From Laetmonice hystrix (lineage: Eukaryota), in assembly GCA_965235115.1 (NCBI GenBank), contig OZ249436.1, positions 49,230,001 through 49,294,000 on the forward strand: a stretch of DNA of 64,000 nucleotides, given 5' to 3'. Both the position numbers and the translations under genes were made by a program. Below are positions 1-12,243 of the stretch, piece by piece (the first letter of the stretch is position 1; each line of letters starts with the position of its first letter). The notes under the pieces are model-generated. The model was not told where the DNA came from. It did no database searches and saw only the letters and a list, made by a program, of their open reading frames with translations.

Positions 1-1059
1 TTTGGCCTTTTCTGTGTCGATTTTTCCGATCTCCCTCTTCGTTGCCTCATACTCTAATAGGTTGTTTTCCGTCAAATTTTCCTCTAATTCTTTTACCTTT
101 TCTATTAATTCTTCCTCTTTTGACCTTTGTTTTAGAGCACGCCGTTTTGAATATAGCCTTGTTTCCTTTCTGATATTATATTTTATATATTCCCACACTT
201 GTGTTATATCTTCCCAATCTCTAGTATCTTGTCTTAGTCGACATATCGCTTGTTTCATCATATTTGTGTAAGCTGGCTCTGCAATTAAACTTGAGTTAAA
301 TTTCCAATACCCCTTCCCCCGAGGTTCTACTGTTATCTGGTTTACTAAAAGTGTTATAGCTGAATGATCTGTATATTTGCCAGGGATAATGTTTACTGAT
401 TCAATGCTATCATGTAAATTTGGGGATATTAAGAAAAAATCTAGTCTACATTGTATAAGTGGCGTCTTCTGCCTCCAGGTGTATCTTTTTAAATTTGGAT
501 TTCTGATTCTCCAAATATCCTGCACTTCAAAGCGCTGTTTAATATCCTCAATTACTCTTAAAACGGGTTCTTTAAGGCTGCAAATGCCTCCTTTTTTGTC
601 AATATGTTCCTGCACTATATTAAAGTCTCCTCCTATTATTATACTAGATTCTGCAGATACCTCCCATTTGTCCAGTAAATTACTTATACTGTGAAAAAAT
701 TGTACTTGGTATGATTCTAGATTAGGAGCATATATATTTAAGAACCAGACCTGTTCATGGTTTAACTTTGTTTTTAAAAGGACATATCTCCCTTCCTTGT
801 CCAATTCTTCTCCTTCTAAATCAATATCTAAACTATTTCTAATCAAAGTGACAGTGCCTCTACTGTGATTTGTCCCACAGCTACTTTTCATTATACCGCC
901 CCATTCATTTCTCCATACATTTTCTGATGTCGGGGTACAGTAAGTTTCTTGTAGGAATACTATATCAGCGTTTTCATTTTTGATCCAACTAAATACAGCT
1001 CGTCTAACTTGTTTGTCATTTAAACCTTTAACATTTAATGAGATTACTTTAAAGCCCAT
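1..1059 (-). CDS. Tx1/L1-clade non-LTR retrotransposon ORF2, N-terminal AP-endonuclease domain (continues off the left edge)
   Basis: Manual translation from ATG at 1059: MGFKVISLNVKGLND...DIVFLQETY...SRGTVTLI...DKEGRYV...LNIYAPN...IIGGDFN...DIWRIRNP...YTWRQ...CRLDFFL...TDHSAI...RGKGYWKFNSSL. These are APE motifs plus the linker typical of Tx1/L1. No stops in the part translated. It is absent from the ORF track because it has no stop inside the window. Confidence 0.95.
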   Translation of the reverse strand, partial: MGFKVISLNVKGLNDKQVRRAVFSWIKNENADIVFLQETYCTPTSENVWRNEWGGIMKSSCGTNHSRGTVTLIRNSLDIDLEGEELDKEGRYVLLKTKLNHEQVWFLNIYAPNLESYQVQFFHSISNLLDKWEVSAESSIIIGGDFNIVQEHIDKKGGICSLKEPVLRVIEDIKQRFEVQDIWRIRNPNLKRYTWRQKTPLIQCRLDFFLISPNLHDSIESVNIIPGKYTDHSAITLLVNQITVEPRGKGYWKFNSSLIAEPAYTNMMKQAICRLRQDTRDWEDITQVWEYIKYNIRKETRLYSKRRALKQRSKEEELIEKVKELEENLTENNLLEYEATKREIGKIDTEKAK

Positions 1060-1675
1060 TTTAGATTTTAACTAGTGTACTGATACAAAATGTCCTTACA
1101 AAATGTCTGCACATAATGCAACCTTCAACATGAATACACATACTAAATGTCCCCAAACTAGATTTTAAATCCTTGAATCGCCTGTCTCGACTAAACAGTA
1201 ATACACTCTTACGTTGAATATACATACAAAATAAAACTGCCCGGTTACCTAATGCAGATCGACCATATTCACACACATAGTACAACATACAATACACATA
1301 TACAAGTGAGGTAATTGACGGAAAAAAGGTGAAATAATTCATTGATTGACGACTCTCTGGGTCACTTCTGTGCGAATACCTGGCAAGTGTATAAGAAACA
1401 TGTGCAAAGAATAGTACAAAATCTGTGCAAAACAAAATAAGCATGAGCCCGTTACTCTGTACAGGCATACTGTGCCGAGTGTCTATGAGGAGGATACGGT
1501 ATTACTCCCCAAACCCCTTGTCACCTCCATCACCACATCCATCGTTACAATCTATATTTTCATTGCTAAATGTATAAATTACTAGTTCACATTTCATCAC
1601 CCCCCCCCCCCCCCCATAAAAAAAAGAAAAGAATTCTATCTGTTGGGTAATAATAAACACCGAGAGTTGAGAGTC

Positions 1676-2206
1676 TTACTGAAGCACCCTCCTGATCTTC
1701 TCCAGTATCTTCCCGAGGTGGTTTTCGCCAGTCCACTGGTCCTGAGGTGTGCTCTGGGCACCATGCACTCCGATACCTATGCCCCAGTACCGATCCCTTG
1801 GATTTGCCTCAAAGATCATTTTCCCTGTGGTTGACTTCAGTACAGTTTTGAGATGTTCATTTTGCTCGTATTTAGCAAAGTTGGCTCTCTCCATCACTTC
1901 TTTTGCCGTACCCTGATTCCATCTTGGAGATGTATGGATTTGTTTTCCAATATGATACATTTCAGCTGGGTCGCTGGCAGTCATGATGTTTTCGTAAGCA
2001 ACTTCATCCTTATGTTCCTCAGCTTTCCTTGCTTGGTAGTATTGCTCTGTGCATTTCCAAACACGTCCATCCAAACGAACATGGGCGGGGAAGAAGTTGG
2101 AAAGTGGAGCACTGCGTCCAAAAAAGAACACTTTCTCTCCACTGGACACTAACGAGGTCTGCTGTAGGCTGAGTTGAGCTGGCAATCTGTCTACGTCAGG
2201 TAGACG
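1676..2206 (-). CDS. NADAR (YbiA-like) hydrolase domain, intronless; likely the C-terminal part of a truncated longer ORF
   Basis: Motifs FFF..SAPLSNF, TEQYYQARKA, ANFAKYEQN, LKST, EANPRDRYWGIG and GENHLGKILEKIR match the NADAR family. No in-frame ATG before the domain (the track uses TTG at 2185); upstream in-frame stop at 2209-2207. Confidence 0.9.
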   Translation of the reverse strand, partial: RLPDVDRLPAQLSLQQTSLVSSGEKVFFFGRSAPLSNFFPAHVRLDGRVWKCTEQYYQARKAEEHKDEVAYENIMTASDPAEMYHIGKQIHTSPRWNQGTAKEVMERANFAKYEQNEHLKTVLKSTTGKMIFEANPRDRYWGIGIGVHGAQSTPQDQWTGENHLGKILEKIRRVLQ

Positions 2207-3045
2207 TTAATCTGTATTGTACCGGGATTCCAACGAGGAGCACCAACAGTACAAGGTCGGGGAGAACACAGAAACACAACGGCGCTAAAGATATCGTGGT
2301 GCTTAAAAGTGTTCAACGCTTAGCACTACTCGTCCAATGGGATTATAACCAGGCGGTTGGAGACAAGAAACAAGAGAGCCACACTGGGGGAACTTGCTGA
2401 AGGTTGAACCTCCGATTGCAGCGGCCCCTACCCTCCTGGTGTATTGGATTATAGTATAGTTACATAGACATTGTTTGATTATAGTACAGTCACAGAGACA
2501 TTTTAAGTACAATATCGTTTCACAAACTGCAGAGGTCTTCCTGCGAGTCAGAGGTTCAGCCCAGCCTGACCTCTGACCTCTATCGGGTCGAACTCCCACT
2601 AATTTTAAGAAGTTTAATTTCCAGAGACTGACCTTCGACATTTTATCCAGATTCTGTGAGAATTTCGAACTTTCAACTCGAAGCAATGTTAAAAATGGTC
2701 ACTGACCAGCATCTCACTCCAGAGTGAACACGGACCTTTTAAGACCACACTCTGCCTTTGAACAATTTTATACGGATTATATGGATTTACACAACGACCA
2801 GGATCAAATTGTTACCCCAAAGTCAATTAAACAGAATGTTTTATGTGTCATAGACATTTAGGATGTTTTTGTTAATCTTGCTGGCAGCTCATCCATGGAA
2901 TCCAGGTACAAGTATGACATCATATTTTAACGATGAACTGATTTCAAAAATTTTGACGTCAAGTTGACGTCATTACATCATGTAATGACGTCATCTTTTC
3001 GTTAGAATTTTGGCATCAGTTCAATGTTAAAATATGACGTCATAC

Positions 3046-3546
3046 TAATGGTAACGTCCTCACGACGTTGCAGCCACGACATTGATCAAATGTCGCAATG
3101 GTAACGTCCTCAAGACGTTGCAGCCATGACATTGATCCAACGTCACAATGGTAACGTTCTCACGACGTTGGAGCCATGACATTGATCCAACGTCACAATG
3201 GTAACGTCCTCACGACGTTGGAGCCATGACATTGATCCAACGTCACAATGGTAACGTCCTTACGACGTTGCAGCCATGACGTTGATCCAATGTCCCAATG
3301 GTAACGTCCTCACGACGTTGCAGCCATGACGTTGATGCAACGTCCCAATGGTAACGTCCTCACGACATCGAACTCATGACGTTGATCCAACGTCACAATG
3401 GTAACGCCCTAACGACATGGAACTCATGACGTTGATCCAACGTCATAATGGTAACGTCCTAGCGACATTGAACTCATGACGTTGATCCAACGTCATAATG
3501 GTAACGTCCTAGCAACATTGAACTCATGACGTTGATCCAACGTCAT
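3046..3546. repeat. 50-bp minisatellite, ~10 copies
   Basis: Unit AATGGTAACGTCCTCACGACGTTGCAGCCATGACATTGATCCAACGTCAC; gtaacgt recurs at 3051, 3101, 3151, 3201 and onward. Confidence 0.95.
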
Positions 3547-3654
3547 GGTTTTGACGTCAAAAAAACTTTCATTTTCACCCAATTAACAACGTCGCCACAA
3601 CGTTTTACCCTGACGTTGTTCTAACGTTGTTTCAACCACTTTGTGCCCACTGGG

Positions 3655-4605
3655 TACGTTCGATACAGATATATGGTTGTGATGTGTACACTTCGCATTT
3701 GAGTATCTTCTCCAGATTTTAACATTAGATGCTCCTCGCCTGTACCTTTCATTTCCACTACCTCACTGTAGTGTTTGCATGGCTACTATAGGCCAGCCGG
3801 TAAGATGTAGGGACTTCTCACTCTACTGGTTGGCCTCCAACACTGCTTGGCCCCACAGTGTACTGTTTGGCCTCACTGTACTCTTTGGCCTCACTGTAGT
3901 GTTCGCTTGGGTGCTAGGCCAGCCAGTATACCTTGTAGCGATTCCTCCCTGTACTGTTTGGCCTCCCTGTACCGTTTGCTTGTAACCATAGAGTAGCCAG
4001 TAGTATAGGGACGCCGCATGTTTCATGTTTCCATGCCTTTATTGTCCAGGAGGCAGGCCATACGTTTCGTCTATCATCTACTCCCATCTAATCTGTGTCC
4101 CCTACAGACCATCTGTGAGCGTCCGACAACGTTGTCAGGTCGTGCCAATTACTGTTTGCCGTCAAGGTTTAGTTAACAATGGCAAATGACGTTGTACGCC
4201 AGCGGCGAAAAATGGCTACATTTTGAAACGTCAAATTGAAACTACGCCCCCCGCCCCCAAATTATTATTCTTATGCCAGATGTATAACTGTCAAACGTAG
4301 CCTATGGGTCTCGTACGTTCGCTACAGATATATGGTTGTGATGTGTACACTTCGCATTTGAGTATCTTCTCCAGATTTTAACATTAGATGCTCCTCGCCT
4401 GTACCTTTCATTTCTACTACCTCACTGTATAGTGTTTGCATGGCTACTATAGGCCAGCCGGTAAGATGTAGGGACTTCTCACTCTATTGGTTGGCCTCCC
4501 ACACTGCTTGGCCCCACAGTGTAGGCCTACTGTTTGGCTTCACTGTACTCTTTGGCCTCCCTGTAGGGCCTAACGTTTGCTTGTAACCAAGAGTAGCCAG
4601 TAGGC
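3655..4605. repeat. Local direct duplication of ~300-350 bp (copies at ~3655-4005 and ~4314-4605)
   Basis: Both copies begin tacgttcg(a/c)tacagatatatggttgtgatgtgtacacttcgc and end ...gagtagccagtag. Confidence 0.9.
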
Positions 4606-4619
4606 CTATAGGCCTACCC

Positions 4620-5390
4620 GTGAGGCAAGACGCCCCCACCCCCGGGGGTAATACGCCCCTAGGGCCTCATGCCCCAGTGGTCATTCGTATATCAAAGGAT
4701 AAAACTGATTAAAAATCAAATAAAATGCTTGGGTGCAAAAGGGCGTTTAGAATTGGGCTAGGCATATTAGGGCGGCCTAGGGTGAGAGGCCTAGCCTACT
4801 TTGTCCTGGGGCCTATCGATCTTGAATCTAGGCCCCCACCCCCAAAATACTTTTTAATAGGAAAAGGGGGACCAGAGCCTCCCTATATAGATAAATATTT
4901 GGGGGCTTTTCCTTGTCTGCACATGCACAAGTCAACATAACTGATTGGAAGACCCACATTCAAAAGAAACGAAAACTCATAAAATAGAAAAACTATAAAA
5001 AGGGAATCTGCCAGGCTTTTATGGCTTGGACGGGGCAAGACGCCTCCAGGGGGCGTCTTAGCTCTGGTATGGGGCAAGAAGCCCCTTTTCAATTTTATTC
5101 AAAATATTTCATTTTTTAAATGTTGTAGGCCTACTAAAAAGGATGCCAAATCCTATAGATAGGCCTACCCTATAGGCCTATTAGTAATGAGTAGGGGCTA
5201 GGCCTAGCTAAAATACCGTGGGGGCCTAGGCATATGCCTATAGAACTAGCCTAGGCCTAGGCAATAGGCCTAGATGTTTCTTTTCACAAAATAGGCCTAT
5301 AGGCTAACTAGGCCTACCCATCATGTTCTGATTTATAACACGGGACGGCCTGGTAATGAATTGACCCTAAAAGGGGGCGTCTCGCCCCGC
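4620..5390. mobile_element. Probable non-autonomous DNA transposon (MITE-like)
   Basis: Inverted ends gaggcaagacgccccc (~4622) and gggggcgtctcgcccc (~5373); internal copies of ggggcaagacgcc. Confidence 0.5.
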
Positions 5391-5633
5391 TCTACTCCCT
5401 CCCTTTAACAATCTCCCATAATGCAGAGGGGCTTGCTATCTCTGTCCGGAGAGTGTCCCTTTAATTCCTGTCTGGGCCGTACCTCGAACGGTGGCGTGAG
5501 ATTTGCCGCCGACTGGGGGGCGGGCCGAGGCGGGACGAACGCAGGGAAAGCCACACGAGGGGGCGCTGTTATTAACTACGGTACCTCACCAATAGATGGC
5601 AGCACAGTTTTGGTAATTTCCGGATGGTTCATC

Positions 5634-8600
5634 ATGGCCGACATGGTAGATGAGGACTGCGCAAGAAAGACATTCACCGATCTTGGATTGAATGAATGGC
5701 TCGTCAAACAGTGCGAAGCGGTTGGAATGCTACGGCCCACGCCGATCCAGAATAATTGTGTTCCAAAGATATTACACGGTGAGTTAAATTGAGATGTGTC
5801 GTTGTACTTGTAGGTTGTAGGCCTAGTTGTAGCCGAATGTCATCGAATCCGGCCGCCAGTAGTAACCGGCCGCGCGTAACTAATCCGACGGCCGCGGCCC
5901 GCTCCGCCGGCCCGCTTCGCGGGGGCCCCGCTGCCGCTGGCGGGGCCGCCCGCGGGACTAAACTATCACTAACCCTAGGCCAAACCTTAACCTTAACCCA
6001 ACTAACACTAACCCTAGGCCAAACCTTAACCTTAACCCGACTAACACTAACCCTAGGCCAAACCTTAACCTTAACCCGACTAACACTAACCCTAGGCCAA
6101 ACCTTAACCTTAACCCGACTAACACTAACCCTAGGCCAAACTACTGCCTAGGCCCTGGGCGAGTATACGGCCGCCCGACTTACGCGCGGCCGATTTCGAG
6201 CGGCGGCCGGTTTCGATATACACCGTTGTAGCCTATGTGAAGGGCTAAACAGAATCCACGTGTGTGCAATCTACGCCTGCAATCTGTATGCTGAAGGACG
6301 GGACAGCTGTCGCTTTAACTGTCCAGTACAGCAGTACGTAGGTGTAATAAAATCTCAGTCCCGGGGAGGGCACCTGGTTTGGGGGACACAGTCGGGGGAG
6401 TCTAATTTGGGGGTGCGGGGGGCTCAGCCCCCGACTGAGACGCTACCACTGAGACCCCCATAATGCCATATTAATGGCCCAAATGAAATGAGCCCACCCC
6501 CCATGATGATGGCCCATCCCCCCGACAGACTGACGTTAAAGGTAATAGATCACCCTACGGCTGCCGGGTTTTGTCGAAGCGGTGTCCTACGAATCCGCGT
6601 ATTTCAAGCTTACCTGATCTTGAATCTATCCGAATACACGGCATATGACTATGAGCCCGTCGTGATTTGAGCCCGTGAGGGTCCCGTCAAAGCAAATTGT
6701 AGCGGCGCCCTGGTGCCGGTTGGTGTAGGTCAGCCAATTATAATCCAATTCTTGGCAATTGTTTAAAAGATTATATAGATCCGCCTAGCCATATCCTGCT
6801 CTCTACCGACCGGCTTCAACAAGCCCAGGCCGAACCGACCGGCCGATGGCAAGGCCCATACAAGTCCCGGCCGAACCGACCGGCCGAGGCTCCCTACAAC
6901 TTAGTACAAGCCCCGGCAGCGAGCGGGCGGCCGGCGGTCCCGTGGCAGCTTGAGCGAGTAAGCAAGCGGGCGAGTGACCGGCCACCGCTCCCTTGCTCAC
7001 CCGGGCAGGCTCGGCGGCCCCCCGAGGGGCTCATATGACGGGATCATTTCTCGGCGGGCTCAAGTGACGTGATACCATCTATACTGGACTAATAAAATAT
7101 TCTGTCGTATCCATAGGCTATGTGCTAGGTCTCTTGTTGATTATGAGCCATAATGAGGCGATAAATCCCATGTTTTTCATCTCAATGGACTGAGAACCGA
7201 GAACGACCGCCATGACCGCGTTAGCATTGTTAGGGCGGTCATTACTAAGCAACGGGATTGGGCGCATGCGTTGCCTCGCACTGCTCCGCCCGCCCTCCCC
7301 CCATAATCCAAATAAGGGCATGATTTGGGCCAAATAGGTAAACGCTTAATTAATTAATTAAAAATATTGTCGATATGGATGCGCCATGGTACCAGACTGC
7401 TAGAAACCCCTTAAAATAATTGTTTTTACTCAAGTTTTCAATTTTCTGACAGATTTCCCTTAAACTCTTGCTAGCAGGACTATGATGAAGGAAACATTTC
7501 TAAGTCCACAACTGCAATAAGTGCCTGTGCGCAGGAGGGTGTAAAATGTCGGACCGTCCGACTGGTGATGGACCATCGGACAGTCTGTCTCGCTTCGTTG
7601 TAGGGCCTGTAATTTCTGGTCTTACACGCTTATGAAAAAAAAACCCAGGAGTCCGTCACAAGTGCCGACTGGAACCTTAGTCTGCGGTTGTGCTCGTAGT
7701 TAGTTTTTGGCAGCATATGATTTTGTTTTGCACCTAAATTTTTAAATCTTAATTGCCAAGGCCTAATTAATACCAATTGAGAGTCTTTTAGCTTAATTAA
7801 ATGTAAATCAGCCTAAGAAAATGGAATGGTATTTCTACTCGTTCCTGGATAGAAAATTTTCAGAAAATTGGGCTGACTTGACCAAGATGGTTTTACTTGT
7901 ATTTCAGGACAGGACTGTATTGGATGTGCCAAGACTGGCAGTGGTAAAACTGCAGCCTTCGCTCTCCCAATCCTTCAGAAGTTGTGTGAGGATCCATATG
8001 GAATTTTTGCCCTTGTACTCACCCCTACAAGGTAAGGTCATTGAAGTCAATGAATGGGGGTAAAGAATGAATGGGAAATGTGCAAAGGCCCTGTCACACA
8101 CATTGAATCATGCAGAAAAAAGGGCATACAATTAATTAGCAAGTATTTTGAAGTCAAAAGGTCTTATTTATAATAATTAAACAATGTCTTTCAGGGAGTT
8201 GGCATTCCAAATTTCAGAGCAGTTCTCAGTGCTTGGAAAACCAATTGGTCTTCGTCAGATCGTAATAACAGGAGGGCAAGGTGAGTTGTAAATTGTGTGT
8301 CGGGGAAATTTTCAGACTCAAAATTTTTGCTAAGTCTTAATGTAACAAATTTTTAAATATATAAGAAACTTAATAAGGAAAATCATGTCCCTAATACAAT
8401 GCTTGTGCAAGCCATGGGTGTCTGATACGATAGACCTTTCAATACACAATGATGTGATTTTGTTTTCAGACATGTTACATCAAGGCCTACAGTTAGCAGA
8501 GAAACCTCATGTTGTGATATCTACTCCAGGCAGGCTTGCAGACCATATAGACAGTGGCACAAACTTCAGCCTTAAAAAACTCAGATTCCTTGTACGTATC

Positions 8601-11600
8601 TTCTGGTGATTGAACTGAACCTCACACCTTCTCTTTGAGATAAGCCACACTTTCTTTTCCTTTGATATCTCGCCTGTGCCATCATCATTTTTTTTTGTTA
8701 AACTTATTAAATGATATTTGTGAGCAGGTATTAGATGAAGCAGACCGATTGCTGGAGGACAACTTTGGTGAACAGCTTCAAACCATTTTTGCTGCCATGC
8801 CGACCAAGCGACAGACTCTGCTGTTCTCGGCCACCCTGACGGACACCCTTCGAGACCTTGAAGCAGTTGCACTCAACAAACCTTTCTACTGGGTGTCCCC
8901 AGCAATGTATGTTTTTTGAAAGTCGCGATCAGAAGTTCTGACATTGATTCTTAGCACTTGTAATAGAATGGGTTAGATAGGGGTAAATTTAAAACAATTT
9001 CAATAGAAAGTGAACCACACATAGATGTGTTAAGATTAGGTAAAAATGCACATTATGAAACTCTTAACTGTTATTTATCCATTTTGGCAGCGTGGCAACA
9101 GTGGAGCAGTTGGAGCAGCGATATGTGCTTATGCCTGCCGATGTGAAGGATGCTTACCTCGTTTACATACTACATACATTTACAGAGAAACATGACAAAA
9201 GTCTTGTGATGGTCTTCACACATACCTGCAAGTAAGGGTCCTTCAGATCAAGCTAGAAGTTCAAACACACGGTGTAATATCAAGTAGAATACTGTGACTT
9301 TGATGATATGAGAATGAAGTTGTTTTGTAGAATTATTCTGTTTGGTCAGAACCAAGGACAGATAAGTTGTAATTGTTAAGCAGTGTAACTATGTTGAGAC
9401 TGCTTTGGTTGTACAGGTATGCACAGATCCTGGGAATGGTCCTTTCTGAGGTAGGACTCGGCTGTGTCGCTCTTCACTCAATGATACCGCAGAGACAACG
9501 CCTTGCTTCACTCGCCAAGTTCAAATCTCACCAAGTGCGAATACTCATAGCCACAGATGTCGCCAGCAGGTAAGCTCTCAGTCTTTGCTCTAAATAATAT
9601 TTGGGGGAAGAGCAATGTAGTCCAATCTTAATAAACAACCCACTGTTCTCGCCAGCCTTTTTCTGCATAGCAGGCCGTTACGTTGTGTATTTAGGCTGCT
9701 ACACTATCTTTTAGCCTGCTACACTGTCTCTTGAACAGTGTAGCAGTAAAAACTTGTCTAACAATCTAAATTCAACAGAACCCACAGGAGTATCGGTAAA
9801 ATATTAATCGTTTACTCTCCAATTTAGAAAACCTTTCTCATCTGGCTATGTATACTGCAAGATAAGGCTCTAACCTAGCCTAAATTACCAGAGTTTGGGA
9901 GGGGGGGGGGGCTTCGCCCCACCTGTGCCCGTAACCAGGGCTATGCACTTGGTTTGACCACTAGGCTGTGGAAAATTTCTGGTGAGAACCGTGTAACCGT
10001 AGCTGAACATTTTGTCTAATGTAGAACCTGGTGGTTGAACTGATGCTTGATAAGTAGTAAAGTACACATGTATATGGCTCTCTTCCTCATTACAACAGTG
10101 CCTGAAGGTTTTTTTAATTTGAGAATAGAATGTCTGCCAGATATTAAATTCAAATTATGCTACAGTTTACAGCATCTTCTCACAATGCATCTTCTGCAGA
10201 GCTTCATGCCGGACTGATAAATTTGTATTATAATAGCAGCGTGCCCAGCAGTTTATCAGGCTTACAGAAATGTTCAAACACAGGAATCTATAGCAGGAGT
10301 ACTGGGCCCCCTGTAATAGGCACTGCCAGTATGATACATTATACATACCCAGTCTGTTACTTTGTCAAACCTCAATACTTGATTCTCCTTTCCTTCTACC
10401 AGAGGTCTTGACATTCCATCAGTAGATCTAGTCATCAACCACAATGTTCCCAACCGACCGAAGAACTACATACACAGAGTTGGACGGACAGCCAGAGCCG
10501 GTCAGTTTTCATGTCTTCGACTTGGCAAACGATGTCAAACATGGAGAATATTCATGTGTTTGGGCTCTTGATTTGTGGACAACTGTATTGTTATCAAGTG
10601 AAATCACAGACTTATCAAGTCGTATGTTTTTAAAAAATTCCACAAGTTAGGAGCCTTGTTGGACTGGCTCTGAGTATATTTTAAAGTAATTGGTTGTGGT
10701 GATTGCTATTTTATGAACGTTTATATGTTGATAGGATATTTCATTATACAATGTAAGTGTAAAATCCTACCTTACCCGAATATCAAACACTTACCAACAT
10801 GATAAACAAGTGGATTGTTTTCTCTGATGTTTTTCTAGGACGAGGTGGAATGGCTATTACAATGGTTACACAGTTTGATGTCAAACTAGTTCATGCCATT
10901 GAAAATACAATCAGTAAGTCTGAATTTTCTCTGTTTTAAAGAATTGTTTATATGGGAAAGGAAAATTGCCCATAGTTATCCCAGGAGACCTTAACTCAGC
11001 ATCATAAGCTTGAGCTACTACCATATGAAAGGGGATTCCAAGATGTACAGTGAAAAACCCCCATTGAACTTGACAGTAAATGAGTAATGCTGTAAAAGTT
11101 GATTGCTTCTGTTCAGACACAAAACTTGAGGAACATCGGGTAAAGGAGCTCGAAGTGACAAAGATTGTAACAGAGGTTGCTGTTGCCAAGCGGGAAGCAG
11201 AAATTGTAAGTAAAATTTTCAGATTATATAACTAGTTATATTCACAACCATTGATATGATGTTGTGACATTGTTTTGTGGGGGGTAGAGTGATGGATTCT
11301 ATCAGTCTCTTTGCTGCATAGTTAAAAAGCCATGCACCTATAGACTAACATTTGGCATTTTTCTTTGACCTTTCATTACCCTGATAGTTTAAGTTAACTT
11401 GGTTTAATGTTAATAATTAAAATTTATCAGAAGATCAGCAATCTTATAATGAGATGTTATATGTGATATGTGTTAAGTGTTGTCTAGTAATGAATTTTTG
11501 ACAAAAAATTACCTCTTCAGCGGCTGGACGAACAGGACTTTGGCGAGCGGAAGGAGATCAACAAAAGAAAGAAGTTGATTCTGGAAGGAAAGGTATGCCG

Positions 11601-11945
11601 GGAAGGCTATTAAATAAAAATAATTTACGGAAAATCAGTTGACAGAAAAAAAGTGCAGTATTGTACTTGGCTGCCACTGGCCATCTTGGGTATAAAAAAA
11701 GTAGTCGTATAACCTGCCTGGTGCGGGACTTGTAACGTAAACGACAAAACAAACAAATAAAAGAAATCATGTGAGGTAACTTTATATGTACAGTAGTATG
11801 AAACTGTTCATGTAGCGACATAATGATTGAATTGTTACTTTTCTAGGACCCAGATGAGGAAGAAAGGAAAAAAAGAAAACTTCTCAGACAAAAGTTTAAG
11901 AAACAGAAAAGAAGGAAAACAGAGGAGAAAGAATCGAAGTCATGA
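5634..11945 (+). CDS. DDX49: DEAD-box RNA helicase DDX49/DBP8, 12 exons: 5634-5778, 7908-8031, 8195-8280, 8470-8591, 8728-8906, 9091-9231, 9417-9569, 10403-10500, 10839-10913, 11117-11205, 11521-11592, 11847-11945
   Basis: Q motif [87 protein letters not shown] and C-terminal [21 protein letters not shown] junctions keep frame; AATAAA at ~11957. Confidence 0.95.
5832..6226. mobile_element. Small intronic element with inverted ends and an internal 39-bp telomere-like tandem repeat
   Basis: atcgaatccggccgcc...ccggccgcgcgtaa at left versus ttacgcgcggccg...ggcggccggtttcgat at right. About 4.5 copies of CTAACACTAACCCTAGGCCAAACCTTAACCTTAACCCGA at ~5960-6140. Confidence 0.75.
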
Positions 11946-12243
11946 TGATTTTATTGAATAAACAGTTGAATTTGTGAGATTTATTGACTTTATTTTTAAG
12001 CATCTTTTTCCAATCCTAATTTGTTATTTGTACAAAATCTATGTAATGATTTGCCACAGGCCGATATGCAGATTGTCATTTCACAGGTTTCCCACAACCT
12101 TGAAAGTTTCTTAAATTAGTTTAATTTTATAAGAAAGATCGAGACCTTAGCTTCTAAAAGACACTTTTCCTGTGACAGAGGAAGAAAAAGTGCTACCCAG
12201 CCCTGGTCGGTGCAATGCCAACACTTCACTGTCCAAAACGGTC

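Noticed and set aside
1676..2185. NADAR as bacterial contamination or part of a DarT-NADAR operon
   Set aside because: It is contiguous with a eukaryotic LINE and animal genes; no toxin partner, start codon or ribosome-binding site is visible.
3046..3546. 50-bp array near NADAR as a CRISPR-like or guide array
   Set aside because: There are no variable spacers; it is a plain head-to-tail minisatellite.
5789..6151. 120-aa ORF with LTLTLGQT repeats
   Set aside because: It is a translation of the 39-bp intronic repeat.
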